Assembly (NCBI GenBank): GCA_963706835.1
Contig: CAVPOB010000040.1
Span: 28,197-92,196 of the forward strand
Reading direction: 5' to 3'
Length of the DNA: 64,000 nucleotides
Source: an uncultured Actinomycetota bacterium
GTDB lineage: Bacteria > Actinomycetota > Actinomycetes > S36-B12 > GCA-2699445
The first letter of the stretch is position 1, and every line of letters starts with the position of its first letter. Positions 1-9,865 of the stretch are shown here, piece after piece. A program made the translations under genes and the position numbers. The notes beneath the pieces are model-generated. The model was not told where the DNA came from. It did no database searches and saw nothing but the letters and a program-made list of their open reading frames with translations.

Positions 1-1268
1 CAGGCCCGGCACGTCCACCGCGGCCTTGTCGCCGTCGAAGTCGGAAGGGCGCGTCGCGCTTCTCGATGGACCGCAGCGCCTTCTGCAGCGCTTCGGGGAA
101 GTTGCGTCCGATGGCCATCGCCTCGCCGACGCTCTTCATGGTGGTGGTCAGCACGTGGTCGGCGTTCGGGAACTTCTCGAAGGCGAAGCGCGGCACCTTC
201 ACCACGATGTAGTCCAGCGTCGGCTCGAACGACGCCGGGGTCTCGGCGGTGATGTCGTTGGGGATCTCGTCCAGGCTGTAGCCGATGGCCAGTCGTGCCG
301 CGATCTTGGCGATGGGGAATCCCGGTGGCCTTGGAAGCCAGCGCTGAGCTGCGAGAAACGCGCGGGTTCATCTCGATGACGATGATCCGGCCGTCATCGG
401 GATTCACCGCGAACTGGATGTTGCAGCCGCCGGTGTCCACGCCGACGGCGCGGATGATGTCGATACCGAGATCGCGCAGCCGCTGATATTCGCGGTCGGT
501 GAGCGTCAGCGAGGGGGCGACGGTGATGGAGTCGCCGGTGTGCACGCCCATCGGATCGAAGTTCTCGATGGAGCAGACGACGACCACGTTGTCGTTGTGG
601 TCGCGCATCAGCTCCAGCTCGTACTCCTTCCAGCCGAGGATCGACTCCTCCAGCAGCACCTCGGTGGTGGGGCTGGCCAGCAGGCCCGCGCCGGCGATGC
701 GGCGCAGGTCCTCCTCGTTGTAGGCGAACCCCGACCCGGCACCGCCCATGGTGAACGACGGGCGCACCACCACGGGGTAGCCGAGCTCCGCCACCGCCTG
801 CTGGCATTCCGCCATGGAGTGGCAGATCCGGCTGCGGGCGCTCTCCCCGCCGATGGCGGCCACGATCTCCTTGAATCGCTCGCGGTTCTCGCCGCGCTGG
901 ATCGCCTCGACGTTGGCGCCGATCAGCTCCACGTCGTACTTGCGCAGCACCCCGGCCTCGTGCAGGGCGATGGCGGTGTTCAGCGCGGTCTGGCCCCCCA
1001 GGGTGGGCAGCAGCGCGTCGGGGCGCTCCTTGGCGATGATTTGCTCCACGACCTCCGGGGTGATGGGCTCGACGTAGGTGGCGTCGGCGAACTCCGGGTC
1101 GGTCATGATCGTGGCCGGGTTGGAGTTGATGAGGATGACCCGCAGGCCCTCGGCTTTCAGCACCCGGCAGGCCTGGGTGCCGGAGTAGTCGAACTCGGCG
1201 GCCTGCCCGATGACGATCGGGCCGGACCCGATCACGAGCACGCTGCCGATGTCGTCGCGGCGAGGCAT
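1..1268 (-). pseudogene. carB: carbamoyl-phosphate synthase large subunit, N-terminal part (runs off the window at 1); frame broken as sequenced
   Basis: Reverse translation from ATG 1268 (ATGA overlap with the carA stop) gives [41 protein letters not shown]... with the full ATP-grasp region. The frame is lost near 315-325 ([19 protein letters not shown] needs 1 nt removed in a C run) and possibly again near 45. Confidence 0.9.
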
Positions 1269-2386
1269 CAGGACCGCCCTTCCATCACGTCGCAGAACCG
1301 GTCGAACAGGTAGGCGGAGTCGTGCGGGCCCGCGGCGGCCTCCGGGTGGTACTGCACGCTGAAGGCGGGGGCGTCGAGCAGCCGCAGCCCCTCCACCACG
1401 TCGTCGTTCAGGCAGACATGGCTGACTTCCGCCCGGCCGAAGGGGGTCTCGAAGGGTCCCTCCCGGGGCGCGTCGACGGCGAAGCCGTGGTTGTGGGCGG
1501 TCACTTCGACCTTGCTGGTCGCCAGGTCCATGACGGGCTGGTTGATGCCGCGGTGGCCGTACTTCAGCTTGTAGGTGCCCAGGCCCAGCGCGCGGCCCAG
1601 GATCTGGTTGCCGAAGCAGATGCCGAACACCGGGGTGCTGGAGCCGAGCGCCTCCTGCATGAGGCCGACCGCGGCATCGGCCGTGGCCGGGTCCCCGGGG
1701 CCGTTGGAGAAGAAGATCCCATCGGCGCCCAGGCCGAGCAGATCGCCGGGGCTGGTGCTGGCCGGCAGCACGTGCACCTCGATGCCGCGCTCCGCCATGC
1801 GATGAGGAGTCATGGCCTTGATGCCCAGATCGATGGCCGCGACCGTGAACCGCTTTGCCCCGATCGCGGGCACGACGTACGGCTGCGGGGTGCTCACGTC
1901 GGCGGTCAGATCGGCTCCGGCCATGCCCGGGCTGGCCAGGACCTGCTCGAGGTGATCGGGTGCTGTCGCCGCCTCGCCGCTGAAGATGCCGACGCGCATC
2001 GCCCCCCGCTCGCGCAGGTGCCGGGTGAGCGCTCTGGTGTCGATCCCGCTGATGCCCACGACGGCCGCGGCCTGGAGGTCCTCCTCCAGCGACCGCACGG
2101 CGCGCCAGTTGCTCATCCGCCGCGCCGGATCGCGCACCACGTAGCCGGACACCCAGATGCGCCGAGATTCCGGGTCCTCGTCGTTGGTCCCGGTGTTGCC
2201 GATGTGCGGAGCAGTCTGCACCACCACTTGGCGGTGGTAGGAGGGATCGGTCAGCGTCTCCTGGTAGCCGGTCATCCCGGTGGCGAACACCGCCTCGCCG
2301 AACGTGCTGCCCACCGCGCCGTAGGCGGTGCCGGCGAAACGGCGCCCGTCCTCCAGCACGAGCACCGCGGGCTGCGTGGTCGTCAT
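1268..2386 (-). CDS. carA: carbamoyl-phosphate synthase small (glutamine amidotransferase) subunit
   Basis: Last 372 aa of ORF 1268..3016: [19 protein letters not shown]...[13 protein letters not shown]...HNHGFAV...QYHPEA. Start ATG 2386 overlaps the upstream stop (ATGA). Confidence 0.95.
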   Translation of the reverse strand: MTTTQPAVLVLEDGRRFAGTAYGAVGSTFGEAVFATGMTGYQETLTDPSYHRQVVVQTAPHIGNTGTNDEDPESRRIWVSGYVVRDPARRMSNWRAVRSLEEDLQAAAVVGISGIDTRALTRHLRERGAMRVGIFSGEAATAPDHLEQVLASPGMAGADLTADVSTPQPYVVPAIGAKRFTVAAIDLGIKAMTPHRMAERGIEVHVLPASTSPGDLLGLGADGIFFSNGPGDPATADAAVGLMQEALGSSTPVFGICFGNQILGRALGLGTYKLKYGHRGINQPVMDLATSKVEVTAHNHGFAVDAPREGPFETPFGRAEVSHVCLNDDVVEGLRLLDAPAFSVQYHPEAAAGPHDSAYLFDRFCDVMEGRS

Positions 2387-2944
2387 ACTTCCGCCTTCCC
2401 GATGAGAACCCTGACGGCGCGGATCAGCGCCACATGATCGGACGACTGCGGCATCCGCAGTCCAGTGGTGATGCTGCGACCGCCGTTGCGCCAGGTGATG
2501 GCGACGATGCCGTCGCGCTCGTAGACCTCCTGGGCTATGCCCTTCGCCGAGGTGACCTCCTGAATATCCACCGCCGGGATGAACAGGTCCAGGGCGCCTT
2601 CCCGGCGCAGCAGCACACCGCTCGACGCGACGCCCACCTCGGCGCGACCGGGCACACCGAGGCCCTCGGCCGCGATCCGATCCAGCCAGTCCTCGGTGGC
2701 GACGGAGGCGACGTAGCGGGCCAGGAACTCCTGCTCCGGCACGAAGGACTTGCCCGGCAGCGGGGGCAGTTCGACCCACGACTGACGGCTGCACCCGTCG
2801 GCGCCAGTTGCGCCACATCGCCACCACGGCGATGGCGGTGACGGCGAGCACGGCCACCGTCAGTCCCAGCCGCTCCGGCCAAGCGGTCACCGGGGCCTGC
2901 TCGGTGAAGTCCTGCGCTAGCACACCGGCCCGCAGCGGCGCCAT
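2383..2944 (-). pseudogene. conserved membrane protein found between pyrC and carA in actinobacteria (Mtb Rv1382 position); one frame break
   Basis: The N-terminal TM part ([39 protein letters not shown]) lies in the frame of ORF 1268..3016. The C-terminal 119 aa are ORF 2383..2742. The junction is near 2775-2785. ATG 2944 follows the pyrC stop and the stop overlaps the carA ATG. Confidence 0.6.
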
Positions 2945-2945
2945 C

Positions 2946-4292
2946 TCAGACCGCGGTCGCCGCGACGGCCTCGGCCAGGGCGCCGGGCCTCGGTGCGGCC
3001 AACTCGCCATCGGCAACAGTCGGCTCGCCGTACAGGATCGTCCACCGAACCACGCCGGGCAGCGTCATTCCGGCGAACGGCGTGTTCTTGCTCTTGCCCG
3101 CCAGTTCGGAGGGCTCCACGGTCCAGGTGGCGTCGGGATCGACCAGCACGATGTTGGCCGGCTCGCCCACCGCCACCGGCCGTCCCTGGCTGCTGAGCCG
3201 CCCGATCCGAGCCGGCGCGGCCGACATCCGGTCGGCGACCTCGGCCCAGGAGAGCCGTCCCGGCTGCACCATCGTCTCGATGACGACCGACAGCGCCGTC
3301 TGCAGTCCGACCATGCCGAAGGCGGCGTAGTCCCATTCGCACTCCTTGTCCTCGATGGAGTGCGGCGCATGATCGGTGGCCACGACGTCGATCGTGCCGT
3401 CGGCCAGCCCGGCGCGCAGCGCCTCGACATCGGCCGTCGTCCGCAGCGGCGGATTGACCTTGAAGACCGGGTCGTAGCCCCTGGCCCGCTCGTCGGTCAG
3501 CAGCAGGTGATGCGGCGTCACCTCTGCGGTGACGGCGATGCCCTGCTGCTTGGCGCGCCGCACGATGTCGACGCTGCCGGCGGTGGAGACGTGGCAGACG
3601 TGCAGCCGGGACCCGACATGGTGGGCGAGCAGGGAGTCGCGGGAGATGATCGCCTCCTCGGCGACGGCCGGCCAACCGCGAAGCCCCAGCACCGCCGAGA
3701 CGTCGCCCTCGTTCATCTGGGCGCCCTCGGTGAGGCGGGGCTCTTGCGGGTGCTGGGCGACCACGCCGTCGAAGGCCTTCACGTACTCCAGGGCCCGCCG
3801 CATGATGACGGCATCGGAGACGCAGTGACCGTCGTCGGAGAACACGCGCACACCGGCAGCCGAATCGGCCATGGCGCCGAGCTCGGCGAGGTGCTCCCCC
3901 GCCAGGCCGACGGTGATGGCGCCGACCGGGCGGACCTCGCAGTAGCCGGACGCCAGCCCGAGTCGCCACACCTGCTCGACGACACCGGCGGTGTCGGCGA
4001 CCGGAGTGGTGTTCGCCATCGCGTGCACCGCGGTGAAGCCGCCCAGCGCCGCCGCCTGCGTCCCGGACTCGATCGTCTCGGCGTCCTCGCGGCCGGGCTC
4101 GCGCAGATGCGTGTGCAGGTCGACCAGCCCGGGCAGCGCAACGGCGCCCCGGGCGTCGATCACCTGGGCGTCCGGATTGTCGTGCGCTGCGCCGCCCACC
4201 GGCGCGATCGCACTGATCGTGCTGCCGGTCACGACGATGTCGGCCGGCTCCTCGCCCAGGATGCGCGCGTTGCGGATGATCAGATCGGCCAT
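2946..4292 (-). CDS. pyrC: dihydroorotase
   Basis: Intact 448-aa ORF with the metal-binding motif [12 protein letters not shown] and a position between pyrB and carA. Confidence 0.95.
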   Translation of the reverse strand: MADLIIRNARILGEEPADIVVTGSTISAIAPVGGAAHDNPDAQVIDARGAVALPGLVDLHTHLREPGREDAETIESGTQAAALGGFTAVHAMANTTPVADTAGVVEQVWRLGLASGYCEVRPVGAITVGLAGEHLAELGAMADSAAGVRVFSDDGHCVSDAVIMRRALEYVKAFDGVVAQHPQEPRLTEGAQMNEGDVSAVLGLRGWPAVAEEAIISRDSLLAHHVGSRLHVCHVSTAGSVDIVRRAKQQGIAVTAEVTPHHLLLTDERARGYDPVFKVNPPLRTTADVEALRAGLADGTIDVVATDHAPHSIEDKECEWDYAAFGMVGLQTALSVVIETMVQPGRLSWAEVADRMSAAPARIGRLSSQGRPVAVGEPANIVLVDPDATWTVEPSELAGKSKNTPFAGMTLPGVVRWTILYGEPTVADGELAAPRPGALAEAVAATAV

Positions 4293-4294
4293 GG

Positions 4295-5248
4295 TCAGTT
4301 CCCCCCCTCAGCGGCGGAGCCGGCCCCGCCGAGCAGCAGGTAGAGCACGGCCATGCGCACGCTCACCCCGTTGGCTACTTGTTCCACGATGACCGAGCGC
4401 TCGTCGTCGGCCACTTCCGCGGCGATCTCCATCCCGCGGTTCATCGGGCCCGGGTGCATGACGATCGCATGGTCGGGCAGCATCGCCATGCGGCGGGCAT
4501 CGAGACCGTACCGGCGCGAGTACTCATGGGCGCTGGGGAAGAACGCGGCGTTCATCCGCTCCCGCTGCACCCGCAGCATCATCACCGCGTCGGATTCGGG
4601 CAGCGGGTCGTCCAGGTCGTAGGAGACGCGGCACGGCCACTTGTCCACCCCCACGGGCAGCAGGGTCGGCGGCGCCACCAGCGTGACCTCTGCGCCGAGC
4701 GTGTGCAGCAGCAGCACGTTGGAGCGCGCCACGCGGCTGTGCAGCACGTCGCCGACGATCGTGATCTTGCGGCCGGCAAGATCCCCCTGGCCGTCGGCGA
4801 GGTGGCGGCGCATGGTGAAGGCGTCGAGCAGCGCCTGCGTCGGGTGCTCGTGGGTGCCGTCCCCGGCGTTGACCACGCTGGCCTGCATCCATCCGGCATG
4901 GGCGAGCTGGTGCGGCGCCCCCGATGCGCCGTGGCGGATGACCACGGCGTCGGCGCCCATGGCGGCCAGGGTCAGCGCGGTGTCCTTCAGGCTCTCGCCC
5001 TTGGAGACCGACGACCCCTTGGCGGAGAAGTTGATGACATCGGCGGACAGCCGCTTCGCGGCCGCCTCGAAGGAGATCCGCGTGCGCGTGGAGTCCTCGA
5101 AGAACAGGTTCACCACGGTGCGGCCGCGCAGCGCGGGCAGTTTGCGCACCGAGGCGGTGGTCAGGTTGGCCATCTCCGCGGCGGTGTCCAGGATCAGCAG
5201 CGCGTCGTCGCGCGTCAGGTCGGCACTGCTGAGCAGATGGGTCATCAC
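4295..5248 (-). CDS. pyrB: aspartate carbamoyltransferase catalytic subunit
   Basis: Intact 317-aa ORF with the motifs [13 protein letters not shown] and [10 protein letters not shown]. The start overlaps the pyrR stop. Confidence 0.95.
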   Translation of the reverse strand: MMTHLLSSADLTRDDALLILDTAAEMANLTTASVRKLPALRGRTVVNLFFEDSTRTRISFEAAAKRLSADVINFSAKGSSVSKGESLKDTALTLAAMGADAVVIRHGASGAPHQLAHAGWMQASVVNAGDGTHEHPTQALLDAFTMRRHLADGQGDLAGRKITIVGDVLHSRVARSNVLLLHTLGAEVTLVAPPTLLPVGVDKWPCRVSYDLDDPLPESDAVMMLRVQRERMNAAFFPSAHEYSRRYGLDARRMAMLPDHAIVMHPGPMNRGMEIAAEVADDERSVIVEQVANGVSVRMAVLYLLLGGAGSAAEGGN

Positions 5249-5820
5249 GATGCGCTCCCCTCGTTCGCAACGATGAGTTCCACGGCGTCGCGGTCGTCGA
5301 TCTCGGTGAGCAGCACCCGGACCGCGTCCTCGCGCAACGTGGTGACGTTCTTGCCGACGTGATCGGCGCGGATCGGCAGATCCCGATGACCGCGGTCGAC
5401 CAGGACAGCCAGCCGGACCGCCCGGGGCCGGCCGTACTCGTTCAGCGCGTCCAGCGCGGCCCGAACGGTGCGACCGGAGAAGAGCACGTCGTCCACGAGG
5501 ACCACGATCTTGTCGTCGATGCCGCCCGGCGGGATCGACGTCGGCTGCAGGGGCCGGGTGGGATTGCGGCGCAGGTCGTCGCGGTACATCGTCGGGTCCA
5601 CCGACCCCACCGGCACGCTGGTGCCCTCGATGGCGGCAATCGTCTCGGCGATGCGCCGCGCGAGGAAGGTCCCGCGGGTGGGGATGCCGAGGATCACCAG
5701 GTCCTTGCTGCCCTTGGCGTGCTCGAGCAGTTCGTGGGAGATGCGCGTCAGACTGCGCTTGATGTCGCGAGCATCGGCAACAGTACGGGCATTGCCGGAT
5801 TCGCTGGTAGCGGGCGCCAT
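5245..5820 (-). CDS. pyrR: bifunctional pyrimidine operon regulator / uracil phosphoribosyltransferase PyrR
   Basis: [10 protein letters not shown]...[18 protein letters not shown]...[20 protein letters not shown] (PRPP motif). I chose ATG 5820 because AGGAGG lies 9 nt upstream and a PyrR-box hairpin lies in the leader. The ORF-track start at 5937 is probably too long. Confidence 0.9.
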   Translation of the reverse strand: MAPATSESGNARTVADARDIKRSLTRISHELLEHAKGSKDLVILGIPTRGTFLARRIAETIAAIEGTSVPVGSVDPTMYRDDLRRNPTRPLQPTSIPPGGIDDKIVVLVDDVLFSGRTVRAALDALNEYGRPRAVRLAVLVDRGHRDLPIRADHVGKNVTTLREDAVRVLLTEIDDRDAVELIVANEGSAS

Positions 5821-5825
5821 GGGCA

Positions 5826-5880
5826 CCGACCTCCTACCCCGCCTCGCCGGGCGGATCTCAGGCCGCCTCGCTGGACGGCG
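5826..5880 (-). promoter_or_regulatory. PyrR-binding RNA hairpin and ribosome-binding-site region in the pyrR leader
   Basis: The minus strand reads GCCG-UCCAGCGAGG-CGGC (plus 5862-5879), close to the conserved PyrR box UCCAGAGAGG presented in a hairpin loop. It is followed by a second GC hairpin and AGGAGG (plus 5830-5835) just before the start codon. Confidence 0.6.
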
Positions 5881-6063
5881 TTCAGGAAGATTCCTCCTGA
5901 CGGTAGCAAACGGCCCGCGACGCGAACGATGCGGCACCCGATCGGGGGAAACTTTCTGTTACCTGCCATACTCTCCGTAGTGCAGTACATTCCTTGCGCT
6001 ACATTACGTAGAGGCTGCGCAGTCTGCGGGGAGCCGTTCTTTCTAGGGGTGGGGGTAGGGCTA

Positions 6064-6618
6064 TGGCAACGGACTACGGGCGAGCACTTGGCGCTACGAC
6101 TGCGATCCATCCGGCAACAACAGAACCTTTCGCTGCAGGGCGTGGAGGAGAAGTCCCGCGGTCAGTGGAAGGCCGTCGTCGTCGGATCCTACGAGCGCGG
6201 TGACCGGGCGATCACCGTGGCCAAACTCGCCGCCCTGGCGTCCTTCTACGGCGTGCCAGTCAACGAACTGCTGCCCGACGGGGCGTCCAGCGCCACGATC
6301 GAGCCACCCCCGAGCGTGGTCATCGACCTCACCCGACTGGCAGAGATGCCCGCCCCGGCCGGCCAACTGCTGCAGCGCTACATCGCCGCGATCCAGGCGC
6401 AGCGGGGCGACTACAACGGCCGCATCCTGTCGATCCGGCAAGAGGATCTGCGCACCCTCGCCGTGATGTACGACCGCCGCCCGAGCCAGTTGGCGGAGGA
6501 ACTCATCGCCTGGGGCGTGCTGAACCCACCGGCCAGTGCCAGTGTGGCAGCAGCCCCGCCGGCGCAGCGCACGGCCGCCCGGACGCTGCCGGTCGCCCTG
6601 CCGGACGCAACCGTCTAG
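6064..6618 (+). pseudogene. bldD: BldD-family developmental transcription regulator (XRE HTH plus c-di-GMP-binding C-terminal domain); one frame break near the 5' end
   Basis: ATG 6064 gives MATDYGRALGA. An extra nt near 6096 then shifts into the frame of ORF 5359..6618: RLRSIRQQQNLSLQGVEEKSRGQWKAVVVGSYERGDRAITV...QRGDYNGRILSIRQEDLRTLAV. The protein is colinear with Streptomyces BldD and divergent from pyrR, as in Streptomyces. Confidence 0.85.
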
Positions 6619-6645
6619 CAGCGCGCGCCGGCGCGAGTCGGCGCC

Positions 6646-8070
6646 TCACACCCCGCCGCTGACCCCCACCATGTGCACCCGCATGCCATTGGTGGTGCCC
6701 GGCACACCCGGCGGCACGCCGGCGATGATGATGACCTTGTCGCCGGGCTGCACGCGGCCCAGTGCCAACAGGGCGGTATCGACCTGCTGGACCATGTCAT
6801 CGGTGTGCTTGACGCCAGGCACGAGGAACGTCTCCATCCCCCACACCACCGACAGCACGCTGCGCACCAGCGGATTCTGCGTGAATGCCAGCAGGGGCAT
6901 CTCCGGCCGGTGCCGGGCGATCATGCGAGCGCTGGCACCGGTCTCGGTGAAAGCGATGATGTACTTGGCCCCCACCCCGCGCGCGACATCGACGGCCGCC
7001 CGGGTCACGGCGCGCGCCGTCGACCCCTGGGGCTCCCAGTCCAGCGGCGGCAGCTTGTCCAGAGCCTCTTCCTCGACGTGCACGACGATGCGCGCCATGG
7101 TGTTCACGACGTTGGGCGGATCGACACCCACGCTGGTCTCGCCCGACAGCATCACTGCGTCGGCTCCGTCGAGGACGGCATTGGCCACGTCGCTTGCCTC
7201 GGCGCGGGTGGGCCGACTCGCCGAGATCATCGATTCCAGCATCTGGGTGGCCACGATGACCGGCCGACCGAATCGTCGGCACAGGTGGATGGCCCTCTTC
7301 TGCACCAGCGGCACGTGCTCCAGCGGGAGTTCGACGCCCAGATCGCCGCGGGCGACCATGATCCCGTCGAACGCCATGACGATCTCCTCGAGGTTGTGCA
7401 CCGCCTGCGGCTTCTCGATCTTGGCGAAGACCGGCAGCCGGTGGCCCTCTTCGTCCATGATCCGGCGGACATCGTCGGCGTCCTTGGCGTTGCGCACGAA
7501 GGACAGCGCGATCATGTCGCAGCCGGTCCGCAGCGCCCACCGCAGATCCTCGGCGTCCTTCTCCGACAGGGCCGGGACGTTGACCGCCACACCCGGCAGG
7601 TTGATGCCCTTGGAGTTGGAGACCTGACCACCCTCAACGGTCTCCAGGTGCACGCGATCGCCCTCGACCGAACGGACCCGCATCGAAATCTTGCCGTCGT
7701 CGATGAGCAACTGGTCGCCCGGGTGCACGTCGGTCGGCAGCGCCTTGTGGGTCGTCGAGCAGATCTCCTGGTTGCCCGGCACGTCCTCGGTGGTGATGGT
7801 GAAGGGGTCGCCCGGGTTGAGCATGATGGGCCCGTTCTCGAAGGTGCCCAGTCGGATCTTGGGACCCTGCAGATCGGCCAGCACGCCGACCCCGCGACCC
7901 ACCTGGTCGCTGGCCCGCCGGACGTTGAAGTAGCGCTGGGCGTGTTCGGCATAACTGCCGTGGGACATGTTCATCCGGGCCACGTCCATCCCGGCTTCGA
8001 CCAGGGAGCGCACCTGCTCCAGTGATTCCGATGCCGGGCCCAGGGTGCACACGATCTTTGCGCGACGCAT
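6646..8070 (-). CDS. pyk: pyruvate kinase
   Basis: Intact 474-aa ORF: MRRAKIVCTLGPA...MNMSHG...MVARGDLGVELP. Confidence 0.95.
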   Translation of the reverse strand: MRRAKIVCTLGPASESLEQVRSLVEAGMDVARMNMSHGSYAEHAQRYFNVRRASDQVGRGVGVLADLQGPKIRLGTFENGPIMLNPGDPFTITTEDVPGNQEICSTTHKALPTDVHPGDQLLIDDGKISMRVRSVEGDRVHLETVEGGQVSNSKGINLPGVAVNVPALSEKDAEDLRWALRTGCDMIALSFVRNAKDADDVRRIMDEEGHRLPVFAKIEKPQAVHNLEEIVMAFDGIMVARGDLGVELPLEHVPLVQKRAIHLCRRFGRPVIVATQMLESMISASRPTRAEASDVANAVLDGADAVMLSGETSVGVDPPNVVNTMARIVVHVEEEALDKLPPLDWEPQGSTARAVTRAAVDVARGVGAKYIIAFTETGASARMIARHRPEMPLLAFTQNPLVRSVLSVVWGMETFLVPGVKHTDDMVQQVDTALLALGRVQPGDKVIIIAGVPPGVPGTTNGMRVHMVGVSGGV

Positions 8071-8091
8071 GGCTCGACCCTAGTGGCCGAT

Positions 8092-8131
8092 TGGCAGGTA
8101 CGCATCACGAATGGCAGGTAGGCATCACGAA
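8092..8131. repeat. tandem duplication of a 20-bp unit immediately upstream of pyk
   Basis: TGGCAGGTACGCATCACGAA / TGGCAGGTAGGCATCACGAA (19/20 identical), located 22-61 nt upstream of the pyk ATG and just upstream of a TAGGGT -10-like hexamer (plus 8077-8082). Confidence 0.8.
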
Positions 8132-8211
8132 TGAGGAGCAGAACGGCGGTATGCCCACAGAGCGTGAGCACGAGGCGCCGTGAGCCGCACTCGTCTGCTG
8201 ATCAGGAACGC

Positions 8212-8256
8212 AAACCGCTGCTCCCGACCGACCGGAGGGGCCGGGAACAGCGGTTT
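8212..8256 (-). terminator. terminator-like hairpin downstream of gltD
   Basis: AAACCGCTG (8212-8220) pairs with CAGCGGTTT (8248-8256) and there is an inner CTCC/GGAG pairing. On the minus strand the stem is followed by TTTGCGTTCC. It lies about 80 nt after the gltD stop. Confidence 0.45.
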
Positions 8257-8334
8257 CCGTGTGTGTCCGATATGCGGTAGGGCTGCCGGTTGCGCAGCGT
8301 CACCTCCGCCCCGCGACCAGCGGCCCAAACGGCC

Positions 8335-9794
8335 TCAAACGCCGATTGGTCGCGCCGTCGGCGGGATCGGTGCCGGCAGGTTCGTGCTCCCCGTGAGGTA
8401 GGCGTCGACCGCCGCGGCGGCCGCACGGCCCTCGGCGATCGCCCAGACGATCAGCGACTGCCCCCGACCAGCATCGCCGGCGACGAAGACCCCGTCCACG
8501 TTGGTGGCGTAGTCGCGAGTCGCGGGCGATGTTGCCGCGGGCGTCGAGGTCCACGCCCAGCTGCGATCGACCCACGGGCTGCTCTCGACGCCCGTGAATC
8601 CCATGGCCAGGAAGACCAGGTCGGCCGGGATCTCCGCTCGCTGCCCGGGACCGGGGCGAACCGGCCGTCGACCATCTCGACGTCCACCAGCCGCAGCGCC
8701 CGCACCCGGCCGTCGTCGTCGGCGAGGAACTCCTCGGTGCTCACCGCGTAGACCCGCTCCCCTGCCTCTTCGTGGGCGCTGGAGACCCGGTAGGTCATCG
8801 GATAGGTCGGCCAGGGCTGCTTCGCCGGGCGCTCCTGCGGCGGGCGCGGCATGATCTCCAGCTGCGTGATCGACGCCGCGCCCTGGCGGGTCGCGGTGCC
8901 GAGGCAGTCCGCCCCGGTGTCACCGCCGCCGATGATCACCACGTGCTTGCCGGCGGCGTCGATCGGGGTGTGGTCCAGGTCGCCCTCGCACACCCGGTTG
9001 GCGTAGGGCAGGTACTCCATCGCCTGGTGGATCCCCTGCCAGCTCACGGCCGGGCACCGGCAGATCGCGCGGCTGCGTCGCGCCGACGGCGAGGACGACC
9101 GCGTCGTAGCGCTTGCGCAACTCGTCGGCGCTCAGGTGGTAGCCGATCTCGGTGTTGGGCCGGAATCGCACGCCCTCGGCCTCCATCTGCGCCAGGCGAC
9201 GATCCAGGTGCCGCTTCTCCATCTTGAACTCGGGGATGCCGTAGCGCAGCAGGCCGCCGATCCGGTCGTCGCGCTCGAAGACGGCCACGGTGTGGCCGGC
9301 GCGCGCCAACTGCTGGGCGGCGGCGAGTCCGGCTGGGCCGGAGCCGACGACGGCCACGGTGTAGCCCGGTCAGCCGGGCGGGCACCTGCGGCGAGACCCA
9401 GCCCTCCTCCCAGGCCCGGTCGATGATCTCGACCTCGACCTGCTTGATGGTCACCGGGTCCTGGTTGATCCCCAGGACGCAGGACGTCTCGCAGGGCGCC
9501 GGGCACAACCGACCGGTGAACTCGGGGAAGTTGTTGGTGGCGTGCAGCCGCTCGATCGCCGCACGCCAGTCGTCGCGCCAGACCAGGTCGTTCCACTCCG
9601 GGATCAGGTTGCCCAGCGGGCAGCCCTGGTGGCAGAACGGGATGCCGCAGTCCATGCATCGGCCGGCCTGGGTCTGCAGTCGGTCGCCCGGGAAGTCGTT
9701 GTAGACCTCTCGCCAGTCCTGGATGCGGACATCGACCGGACGCCGGGCGGGCAGTCTCGCGGCCGGCCTTCAGGAATCCGCGGGGATCAGCCAT
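8335..9794 (-). pseudogene. gltD: glutamate synthase (NADPH) small subunit; at least 5 frame breaks as sequenced
   Basis: [16 protein letters not shown] (ATG 9794), [91 protein letters not shown] and YATNVDGVFVAGDAGRGQSLIVWAIAEG are spread over ORFs 9132..10109, 9044..9655, 8920..9357, 8451..9047, 8335..8604 and 8300..8575. Confidence 0.9.
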
Positions 9795-9865
9795 GGCTCG
9801 TCTCCTTGCGATGATGGGAACGGGAGGGGCGCTGGTCGCCGATGCCCCTGGCGGCGGTCGTTCGG

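Noticed and set aside
1268-3016. A 582-aa ORF extending carA far upstream.
   Set aside because: CarA homology starts at [14 protein letters not shown] (ATG 2386). The upstream part is the out-of-frame N-terminus of the neighbouring membrane-protein gene plus the pyrC 3' end.
5821-5937. A longer pyrR start (ORF-track Met at 5937).
   Set aside because: The extension ([39 protein letters not shown]) is Arg-rich with no homology. It covers the PyrR-box hairpin and the AGGAGG that precede ATG 5820.
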